Below, piece by piece: positions 34,882-42,282 of a stretch of DNA of 64,000 bases. Made by a program: the position numbers and the translations under genes. This stretch comes from Elusimicrobiota bacterium. GTDB lineage: Bacteria; Elusimicrobiota; Elusimicrobia; Elusimicrobiales; UBA9959. The notes below the pieces were generated by a model. The model saw only the letters and a program-made list of their open reading frames with translations, did not search any database and had not been told where the DNA came from. Within the stretch, counting starts at the first letter, position 1. Every line of letters starts with the position of its first letter. The DNA lies in assembly GCA_016207645.1 (NCBI GenBank), contig JACQPH010000045.1, forward strand, positions 6,610 to 70,609. The letters run 5' to 3'.

Positions 34882-37191
34882 TCAACCCCGCTTCTTCAGC
34901 GCCGCCAGCACCTTGTCGGGGGTGAAGGGGGCGTCGAAGAGCCGGATGCCGCAGGCATTGTAGATGGCGTTGGCCACCGCCGGCAGCGGGCCGTTGATAC
35001 CTATCTCGGAGACCGACTTGGCGCCGAAGGGGCCGGCGGGCTCCCAGGTGGGGATCAGGAAGGTGCGCAGCGGCGGCGTGTCGGCCGCCGAGAAGATCTT
35101 GTAGCGGCGGAAAGAGGCGTTCAGCGGGGTGCCGTTGGTGGAGAATTCCATTTCCTCGGACAGCGTGTGGCTGATGCCGTTCAGCACCGCCCCGTCGTTC
35201 TGGCCCTCCGCCAGCTGCGGGTTGATCGCGGTGCCGCAGTCCACGCAGCTCACGTAGTCCAGGATCTTCACCACCCCGGTCTCCATGTCCACTTCCACCT
35301 CGGCGAAATTCGCCTGGAAGGGCGGCGGGGAGGTATGGGCGAAATGGGAGGCGGAGGCCGTTATCTGGTGCTGGTTATAATAGTACAGGGAAGTATTGGC
35401 CACTTCGGAGAGGGAGCAGGAAGCTCCGTCCTTGGCCACGACCTTCCCCCCTTCCAGCCGCAGCTCCTCTTTTTTCTGGTCCAGGATCTTCGCCCCGACT
35501 TCCAGTATCATCTCGCGCACTTTCTCGGCGGTCTTCTTCACGGCTCCGCCGGAGATGAAGGTGGTGGAGGAGGCGTAGGCGCCCACGTCGAAAGGCGTGA
35601 TATCGGTGTCTGAAGAAGTAACAATTATGTCGTCGGTTTTTATTCCCAGAACCTCGGCCGCTATCTGGGCGAGGATGGTGTCGGAGCCGGTGCCCAGGTC
35701 GGCCGCGCCGACCAGCAGGTTGAAGGAGCCGTCCTCGTTCATCTTCATCGTGGCCGAGGCCATGTCCACTTCGGGGATGCCGGAGCCCTGCATCATGCAG
35801 GCCGCGCCCACGCCGCGGCGGATAGGGCCCGACTGGGCGGCGTACTTCGCGCGCTTCTCGGCCCATTTGATCTCTTCCGTGCCTTTCCGGATGGCCTCGA
35901 ACAGGCCGGTGGAGGTAATGACCTGCTCCACGCCCTCGCGGCCCTCGCCCATGGCCTTGAACACCGGCGAACCCTCTCCAAGTTTGATGTAATTCATCTT
36001 CCTGAACTCTACGGGGTCCATGCCGATCTTGGCGGCCATCATGTCCATCAGGCATTCCCAGGCGAAGAAGCCCTGCGTCGCGCCATAGCCGCGGTAAGCC
36101 CCTGCCACCGGCATATTCGTGTATACGCTGCGGCCGATGAAGCGGATATTGTTCTTCACGCGGTACATCGGGATGGTATGCGAGCCGGAGCACATCATCA
36201 CGGTGAGAGCGTGCGAGCCGTAAGCGCCCGTGTTCAGGGTTATCTCCATCTCGGCGTCGGTGATGGTGCCGTCCTTTTTCACGCCGGCCTTCAGGCGGCA
36301 GGTGGCGGGATGGCGGGTGCGGGAGGAGACGAAGGTTTCTTTCCGGGTATATTCCAGCTTCACCGGGCGCTTGGTCTTGAGCGCGAGCGCGGCGACAATA
36401 TCCTCAAGGACTTCCTGCTTGGAGCCGAAGCCGCCGCCGATGCGCGGCTTCACCACGCGGATCTTCTTCACCGGGATCTTCAGGGCCTGGGCCACTATGC
36501 GGCGCACGTGGAAAGGGACCTGCGTGGAGGTACGCAGCACCAGCCTGCCGGAATTGTCGAAATGCGCTATCGTGACATGCGGCTCGATAGCGCAGTGCTG
36601 GAGGTAGGGGATCTTCCAACTGTGCTCGAAGACATGGTCCGCTTCCTTGAACCACTCTCCGTTCTTCACTTCGAAATCGAACCTGGCCGCGATATTGTGC
36701 TTCGCGTCCGGGATATTCTTTGAATCTTCCTCGTCGTGGATGACCGGGGCGCCGTCCTTCATGGCCTCGAAGGTGTCGAAGACCGCCGGCAGGACCTCGT
36801 AATCCACCTTTATCTTCAAAAGGGCCTCGTGCGCGGCTTCAGGGGTCTCCGCGGCCACGGCGGCCACGCGGTCGCCCACGAAGCGGACCTTATTGTCCAG
36901 CGTATAGGTGTCGTAAGGGGAAGGCTCCGGGTAGCCCTGGCCGGCGGTGGTATGCGGTACGCGGGGCAGGTCCTTGCAGGTGAGCACCGCTTTCACGCCG
37001 GGGACTTTAAGCGCGGCCGAGACGTCTATCTTTTTTATCCTGGCGTGGGCGTGCGGGCTCCAGAGTATCTTCCCGCACAGCAGGCCCTTGAACTCCACGT
37101 CGTCGGTGAAGGCCGGCTCGCCGCAGGCCAGTCCCAGCGCGTCCATTTTGATCACCGGCTTATTTACGACATTCAGATCTTTAGCATCCAT
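34882..37191 (-). CDS. Xanthine dehydrogenase-family molybdopterin-binding large subunit (set 1)
   Basis: ORF 34882..37218 trimmed to ATG 37191 (MDAKDLNVVNKPV), because the track start is a TTG inside the tandem repeat. GGGFGSKQE, conserved Glu in AKSVSEIG. Confidence 0.9.
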   Translation of the reverse strand: MDAKDLNVVNKPVIKMDALGLACGEPAFTDDVEFKGLLCGKILWSPHAHARIKKIDVSAALKVPGVKAVLTCKDLPRVPHTTAGQGYPEPSPYDTYTLDNKVRFVGDRVAAVAAETPEAAHEALLKIKVDYEVLPAVFDTFEAMKDGAPVIHDEEDSKNIPDAKHNIAARFDFEVKNGEWFKEADHVFEHSWKIPYLQHCAIEPHVTIAHFDNSGRLVLRTSTQVPFHVRRIVAQALKIPVKKIRVVKPRIGGGFGSKQEVLEDIVAALALKTKRPVKLEYTRKETFVSSRTRHPATCRLKAGVKKDGTITDAEMEITLNTGAYGSHALTVMMCSGSHTIPMYRVKNNIRFIGRSVYTNMPVAGAYRGYGATQGFFAWECLMDMMAAKIGMDPVEFRKMNYIKLGEGSPVFKAMGEGREGVEQVITSTGLFEAIRKGTEEIKWAEKRAKYAAQSGPIRRGVGAACMMQGSGIPEVDMASATMKMNEDGSFNLLVGAADLGTGSDTILAQIAAEVLGIKTDDIIVTSSDTDITPFDVGAYASSTTFISGGAVKKTAEKVREMILEVGAKILDQKKEELRLEGGKVVAKDGASCSLSEVANTSLYYYNQHQITASASHFAHTSPPPFQANFAEVEVDMETGVVKILDYVSCVDCGTAINPQLAEGQNDGAVLNGISHTLSEEMEFSTNGTPLNASFRRYKIFSAADTPPLRTFLIPTWEPAGPFGAKSVSEIGINGPLPAVANAIYNACGIRLFDAPFTPDKVLAALKKRG

Positions 37192-37202
37192 ATTCAGTCC
37201 CC

Positions 37203-37273
37203 AATCTCCAATCTCCAATCTCCAATCTCCAATCTCTAATCTCTAAATCTCTAACCTCTAATCTCTAACCTCT
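37203..37273. repeat. Heptamer tandem array, ~10 units AATCTCC/AATCTCT/AACCTCT (minus strand: TGGAGAT/TAGAGAT/TAGAGGT)
   Basis: Direct reading: 4x AATCTCC, 2x AATCTCT, AAATCTCT, AACCTCT, AATCTCT, AACCTCT. It fills the gap between the 2Fe-2S subunit stop (37265) and the large-subunit ATG (37191). Confidence 0.95.
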
Positions 37274-37768
37274 ACTCTTCAGCCTTTTAGCCGCGTTCTT
37301 CACGGCCTCTACCTGCTTCACATAGCCGGTGCAGCGGCAGAGGTTGCCGTCGAGGGCTTTGCGGATCTCGGCCTCGGTGGGGTCCGGTATCCTGTCCAGC
37401 AAATACTTGGAGGAAAGTATCATCCCCGGTATGCAGAAGCCGCACTGCACGGCGCCGGCCTCTACGAAAGCCTGCTGCAGCGGGTGCGGGTTATGCACGG
37501 AACCGAGCCCTTCGATAGTGGTGATCTCGCCGCCGTGGGCGGCTACGGCCGGGACCAGGCAGCCCAGCACCGGCTTCCCGTTCAGGAGCACCGCGCAGGA
37601 GCCGCAGTCGCCGGTATCGCAGCCCTTCTTCGCGCCTTTCCAGCCGTGGCGGCGCAGGGCGTCGAGCAGGGACTCCGCGTTCCTGACCGAGAGTTCCTTC
37701 TTTTCGCCGTTCACGGCCGCGGATATCCCGAAAAAACCTTTATCGGCGGCCAGCAGGCTGTTTTTCAT
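37265..37768 (-). CDS. XDH-family [2Fe-2S] small subunit (set 1)
   Basis: CDTGDCGSCAV plant-type cluster motif and QCGFCIPG..CRCTGY second cluster motif. Confidence 0.9.
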   Translation of the reverse strand: MKNSLLAADKGFFGISAAVNGEKKELSVRNAESLLDALRRHGWKGAKKGCDTGDCGSCAVLLNGKPVLGCLVPAVAAHGGEITTIEGLGSVHNPHPLQQAFVEAGAVQCGFCIPGMILSSKYLLDRIPDPTEAEIRKALDGNLCRCTGYVKQVEAVKNAAKRLKSRG

Positions 37769-38580
37769 ATTTTACCTTCCATGAAGCGCTTGAGCAGGTT
37801 AGAGGCGGCCGCGCAGCGGTACTCGCCGGCCCTGGCGGCTTCCAGTTCCGCGGCGAAGGCGGCGGCCGCGGCGGCCCCTTCTCCGGAGAGCATGGCCTTT
37901 TCCGCCTCGGGCGCCCGGAACGGCCTGGGCGAAAGCGCGCCCACGGCCGCGCGCGCCTGGGTCACGGACTTCCCCTTCTTCTCGGCGGAGAAGAAGAGGG
38001 TTATATAGGATTCCCAGCTGGACGCCGTCCTGGCCAGCTTAATGAACTCGCATTTCCAGTTCCTGGTCTTCGCGGGGATAATTGCTTCGGTTATCAGGCT
38101 GTCCAGCCCCGGCCTCAGGCCCAGGCCCGAGGTGTAGAGGTCCTGGAAATCTATAAGTTTTGCGCCTTTTCCGGTCTGCAGCCGCACCTTGGCGTCCAGG
38201 GCCAGCAGGACTACGGGGAAGATATTGAAGGAATGCGGGCGGGCTATGTTCCCGCCTATCGTGGCCATGTTGCGGATGAGCTGGGTAGAGCAGGCCGCCG
38301 CGGCCGCGGCTATGCTCCCTCCGGCCCAGGTACGGCAGAGCCTGGAGCGGTCTATCTCGTCGAAGGTGGCTCCCGCGCCGATGACCAGGTTCCCGCCCTG
38401 GAGCCTGATGTCTTTTATCGGCAGGTTCTTCAGGTCCAGGTAGGTTTCCACGGAATCGGGCAGGGTCTTGGACACCAGCGTGCCGCCGGCGAGAGCCATG
38501 GCTTTATATCTTTTATTCAGGAGCAGGGAGAGCGCTTCTTTCACTTTGGACGGACAGGCGTAGTATTTGATGTTTTTCAC
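37765..38580 (-). CDS. XDH-family FAD-binding medium subunit (set 1)
   Basis: ORF 37765..38655 trimmed to GTG 38580 (GGAGGA upstream, avoids overlap with the previous gene). LAGGTLV, IRNMATIGGNI. Confidence 0.8.
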   Translation of the reverse strand: MKNIKYYACPSKVKEALSLLLNKRYKAMALAGGTLVSKTLPDSVETYLDLKNLPIKDIRLQGGNLVIGAGATFDEIDRSRLCRTWAGGSIAAAAAACSTQLIRNMATIGGNIARPHSFNIFPVVLLALDAKVRLQTGKGAKLIDFQDLYTSGLGLRPGLDSLITEAIIPAKTRNWKCEFIKLARTASSWESYITLFFSAEKKGKSVTQARAAVGALSPRPFRAPEAEKAMLSGEGAAAAAAFAAELEAARAGEYRCAAASNLLKRFMEGKI

Positions 38581-38612
38581 GGTTCCTCCGGATAGATCCC
38601 GCGCGGGCCTCT

Positions 38613-39452
38613 TCAGGCCAGCGACTTTAAAGCGCGTTCGAGCAGGACCCCGCACATGTCCAGGCGGTAGGCCGCTTCGCTGCGGGTGTCGGTGATCGGT
38701 GAAGCTTCGGTCCTGACCAGGGCCGAGGCCTCCGCTATAGTTTCAGCCGAAAGCTTTTTATCGGCCAGGAAGGCGGAAGTGCGGGCCGCGTACAGCGGCA
38801 CCGGGGCCACGGAGCCGAGCGCCACGCGGACTCTCTTTACCGCGCCGCCGGAAAGCTCGGCCGTGACGGCTACCGCGGCTTTGGAGATACCGAAATAAGC
38901 GCGCGGGCCGAGCTTGAGGTAGGCGCCGGCATGGCGGCGCTTCCGTATCTCGAAGCCGAGTATCAGCTCGTCCTTTTTCAGCGCGGTCAGCTTCGGACCA
39001 AGGAAAAAGTCCACGAGGGGCAGGCGGCGCTTTTTCCCCTTCAGGGCGAGCAGGACAGAAGCCCCTTCGGCCACCAGGGAACAGGCGCCGTCGGCGCAGG
39101 GGCTGGCGTTGGCGGCGTTACCGCCCAGCGTGGCCATATTGCGCAGGCTGGGGCTGGCGAAATGCGGTATGGCCGCAACAAGGGCCGGGCACCAGCGCGC
39201 CGCAGCTTTGGAGCTTTCTATCTCGGAAATTTTCACCCCGGAGCCGATGAACAGGGAGCCTGCCGCCTCTTTTATGGAGCCCAGCTCGGGGAGGTCGCCT
39301 ATATCTATCCAGCACTCGGAGTGCTCAACTCCGGCAACTCCGGCGGTGACCAGGTCCGTGCCGCCGGCGAGATAGCGGCGGCGGGCGGGCAGGCCCGGCA
39401 GCATTTTCCAGAGCTCTTTGAGGTTAGAGGGCTTTACTATGATCTCGGGCAT
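38613..39452 (-). CDS. XDH-family FAD-binding medium subunit (set 2)
   Basis: YLAGGTDLV, LRNMATLGGNAANASP. 279 aa. Confidence 0.85.
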   Translation of the reverse strand: MPEIIVKPSNLKELWKMLPGLPARRRYLAGGTDLVTAGVAGVEHSECWIDIGDLPELGSIKEAAGSLFIGSGVKISEIESSKAAARWCPALVAAIPHFASPSLRNMATLGGNAANASPCADGACSLVAEGASVLLALKGKKRRLPLVDFFLGPKLTALKKDELILGFEIRKRRHAGAYLKLGPRAYFGISKAAVAVTAELSGGAVKRVRVALGSVAPVPLYAARTSAFLADKKLSAETIAEASALVRTEASPITDTRSEAAYRLDMCGVLLERALKSLA

Positions 39453-39459
39453 AAAGAAA

Positions 39460-39487
39460 GGGTAGAGGGTTTAGGGTAGAGGGGAGA
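39460..39487. repeat. Second heptamer array GGGTAGA GGGTTTA GGGTAGA GGGGAGA (plus strand), related to the 37.2 kb array but inverted
   Basis: Direct reading of the 37-nt gap between set-2 2Fe-2S and FAD subunits. A further GAGGTTAGAGGG lies at 39420..39431 inside the FAD gene. Confidence 0.8.
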
Positions 39488-39489
39488 GA

Positions 39490-39975
39490 CTACTTTTTTA
39501 TTTTCCGGGCTTTCCCGACCGCGGACAGCACCTTCTCGTAGCCTGTGCAGCGGCAGAGGTTGCCGGTCAGCCCCAGCTTGATCTCTTCGAGCGTGGCCTT
39601 CGGCCTGCGGCGCAGCAGCGCTTCCGAAGCCACTATCAGGCCGGGAGTACAGAAGCCGCACTGCACGGCCCCTTCGGCCATGAAGGTCTTCTGCAGCGGG
39701 TGCAGCCCGCCATCGCGGCCCTTTATCCCTTCTATGGTCACGAGTTCTTTGCCGTGGACCTGCACGGCCATCATCAGGCAGGAATTCACGGCCCTGCCGT
39801 CGAGCAGGACCAGGCAGGCGCCGCATTCGCCCTCGCCGCAGCCTTCCTTGGTGCCTTTCAGTCCGAGGTCCTCGCGGATAAATTCCAGCAAAGAGCGGGA
39901 AGAAGGGAGCTCCCGCTCCATGCTCACGCCGTTCACCCTGCATTTCAGGACGAACGGGCTTGTTGACTGTTTCAT
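39490..39975 (-). CDS. XDH-family [2Fe-2S] small subunit (set 2)
   Basis: CGEGECGACLV and QCGFCTPG..CRCTGY. Confidence 0.9.
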   Translation of the reverse strand: MKQSTSPFVLKCRVNGVSMERELPSSRSLLEFIREDLGLKGTKEGCGEGECGACLVLLDGRAVNSCLMMAVQVHGKELVTIEGIKGRDGGLHPLQKTFMAEGAVQCGFCTPGLIVASEALLRRRPKATLEEIKLGLTGNLCRCTGYEKVLSAVGKARKIKK

Positions 39976-42263
39976 CGGGCGGCGACCTTCTTCAGCTCTT
40001 TCCAGATCTTCTCCGGCAGCAGCGGTACCGAATTTACGCGGGCGCCGCAGGCGTTCTTTATAGCGTTGGCCACGGCCGGCGCCACGCCTATGAGCGGGAC
40101 CTCGCCCATGCCCTTGGCCTTATAGGGTCCCCCGGCGTAGGGTTTTTCTATGAAAGTTATATCATATTCGGGTTTATCGGCGGTAGTAGCGATGACATAG
40201 TCGGTAAAGTTGGGATTTACCATGATCCCGTTCTTGTAGATAAGGTTCTCGTACAGGGCCCAGCTCATGCCCTGGAGTATGCCGCCCTGGGCCTGCCCGA
40301 CGGCCAGACGCGGGTTGACTATTCTGCCCACGTCGTAGGCGGCCCAGATCTTCTTGACCTTCGCCACGCCGGTCTTCAGGTCCACCTCCACTTCCGCGGC
40401 GTCGGCCGAGTAGGAATAGATCACGTAGGCGTCGCCCTGGCCGTCCTCCATCCTGAAAGTGGTGCGGGGCGCGGCGTACCAGCCCTGCTCGCTCATCTTC
40501 AGGCGGCGGAACCAGCATTCGGCCACGACTTTCCTGAAATCCACGGACTTCCCGCCCATGGAGAAAATTCCGCCGGCCGCGACCATCTTTTTCGAGGCGT
40601 CGGCGCCGGCGGCGGAAAGCAGGCTGAAGGCGGTCTTAAAAATGCGCTCCCGTAGCGGCGCGGCGGCTTCGATGATGGCGTTGCCGCTCATCAGCGTGGT
40701 GCGGCTGGCGACGGTAGGGCCTGAATCGGGGACCTTCGAGGAATCGACTTCCTCCACTTTCACGCTTTCGTACGGAGCGTTCAGCGTCTCGGCGGCTATC
40801 TGCGCCAGCACCGTGAGCGCGCCCTGCCCCATCTCGGTATTCCCGACGTTCACTCCCACGGAGGAATCCTTGTAGATATTCACCAGCGCGCCGGCGCGGT
40901 CCAGGTAGCGCCCCTTCGCGCCCAGGCCCACGCCGTAATAAGTCGCCGAGAAACCTATCCCGGTCGCCACGTCGCCGGCCGCCGCCCGGGGCTTCGCCTT
41001 TTTGTCCCAGCCCGAACGCTTCCGCACCGTCTGGACCAGCTCTTTCAGGCCGCAGGAGGAGTTAAGTTTCTGCCCGGTCACCGTCCTGTCGCCGGGCTCG
41101 AGCAGATTTTTCAGCCTGAACTGCACGGGGTCCATCCCGACTTTCTCCGCCAGTTCGTCTATGAGCGACTCCTGGGCGAAGCAGACCTGCGGCTGGCCGA
41201 AACCGCGGAAAGCCCCGCAGGGGACCTTATTGGTGGCGGCGGCGTAGGTCTTTATATCCACGTTGGCTATCTTGTAGGGCCCGGCGGCGTGCACGGTGCC
41301 GCGCCAGAGCACTATAGGCGAAAGGGTGGAATAGGCCCCGCCGTCCAGCACGTAGTTCACGCGGCAGGCCGTTATCCTCCCGCTCTTATCCGCGGCGTAG
41401 GCCACGCGCGCCCAGCCGGGATGGCGCTTGGACATGCTCTGGAAATCCTCTTTGCGTCCGTAAATGAGCTTTACCGGTTTTCCGGTCTTGGCGGCGCAGA
41501 GGGCCGCGTGGGAAGCCACCAGGGCGGGCACGTCCTCCTTGCCGCCGAAACCCCCGCCGGTGACGGTCTGAAGTATCTTCACCTTGTGATACGGGATACC
41601 CAGCGCGGCGGCCACGGCGTCCAGCACGTAGAAGGGGCACTGCGTGGTGCTGTGCACCGTCATGCCGCCGTCGGACTCCGGCAGCGCTATGGCGCCCTGG
41701 GTTTCCAGGTAGGCATGCACCTGGTAATTCGTGCTGAACTCCCCCTCCGCAGTATAGGCGGCTTTTTTTAAGGCGGCGTCCACCGAGCCTTTTTTTATGA
41801 CGAAGCTGGAAATGACGTTATCATCGCCGAAAATTTTGACCGCGTCCTTCTCGAGCGCCTTCAGAGGGTCCTCGACGAAGGGCAGCTCCCTGTACTTTAT
41901 CTCCACCAGGGCGGCGGCTTTCCGCGCGGCGCGGGCCGTGGCGGCCACCACCAGCGCCACCGTCTCGCCGGCGAAGCGGGCCTCTTTCTCGGGCAGGAAG
42001 GGATAATCCTGCATCACCACCGGCCACTTGTTCACGCCCTTTATGTCCCTGTACGTGACCAAAGTCACATAGCCGGGCAAGCGCCGCGCACGGGCATCGG
42101 AAATTGAAAGTATCTTTATCCTGGGGCGCGGCGAGCGCACGGCGGCCGCGTGCAGCAGGCCGGCGAACTCCCTGTCATCCGCGTATTGCGCGGCCCCGAC
42201 GGCCTTTATCAAGGCGTCCTTCCTGGGCAGCGATCTCCCGATATATGATAATTTTTCTTTCAT
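39972..42263 (-). CDS. Xanthine dehydrogenase-family molybdopterin-binding large subunit (set 2)
   Basis: GGGFGGKEDV, conserved Glu in AKGMGEVP. 763 aa. 4-nt overlap with its 2Fe-2S subunit. Confidence 0.9.
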   Translation of the reverse strand: MKEKLSYIGRSLPRKDALIKAVGAAQYADDREFAGLLHAAAVRSPRPRIKILSISDARARRLPGYVTLVTYRDIKGVNKWPVVMQDYPFLPEKEARFAGETVALVVAATARAARKAAALVEIKYRELPFVEDPLKALEKDAVKIFGDDNVISSFVIKKGSVDAALKKAAYTAEGEFSTNYQVHAYLETQGAIALPESDGGMTVHSTTQCPFYVLDAVAAALGIPYHKVKILQTVTGGGFGGKEDVPALVASHAALCAAKTGKPVKLIYGRKEDFQSMSKRHPGWARVAYAADKSGRITACRVNYVLDGGAYSTLSPIVLWRGTVHAAGPYKIANVDIKTYAAATNKVPCGAFRGFGQPQVCFAQESLIDELAEKVGMDPVQFRLKNLLEPGDRTVTGQKLNSSCGLKELVQTVRKRSGWDKKAKPRAAAGDVATGIGFSATYYGVGLGAKGRYLDRAGALVNIYKDSSVGVNVGNTEMGQGALTVLAQIAAETLNAPYESVKVEEVDSSKVPDSGPTVASRTTLMSGNAIIEAAAPLRERIFKTAFSLLSAAGADASKKMVAAGGIFSMGGKSVDFRKVVAECWFRRLKMSEQGWYAAPRTTFRMEDGQGDAYVIYSYSADAAEVEVDLKTGVAKVKKIWAAYDVGRIVNPRLAVGQAQGGILQGMSWALYENLIYKNGIMVNPNFTDYVIATTADKPEYDITFIEKPYAGGPYKAKGMGEVPLIGVAPAVANAIKNACGARVNSVPLLPEKIWKELKKVAAR

Positions 42264-42282
42264 AAAGCCTGATCTTACTATT

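Noticed and set aside
37192-37218. TTG-initiated MEIGDWGLN extension of the XDH large subunit
   Set aside because: It is simply the heptamer repeat read in frame (GAG ATT GGA GAT TGG). ATG 37191 with an upstream GGGGA/GGAG is the more plausible start.
37203-37273. Heptamer array as a CRISPR array or minisatellite of a mobile element
   Set aside because: The units are 7 nt with no spacers, and there are no cas genes or transposase. It is a simple tandem repeat in an operon-internal gap.
34882-42263. Selenocysteine (in-frame TGA plus SECIS) in the XDH-family or neighbouring genes, as in some selenium-dependent purine hydroxylase systems
   Set aside because: All six subunit ORFs are uninterrupted, with no in-frame TGA read-through needed. 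No selD/selA/selB or yqeB/yqeC-like genes are in the window. A labile-Se cofactor cannot be judged from sequence.
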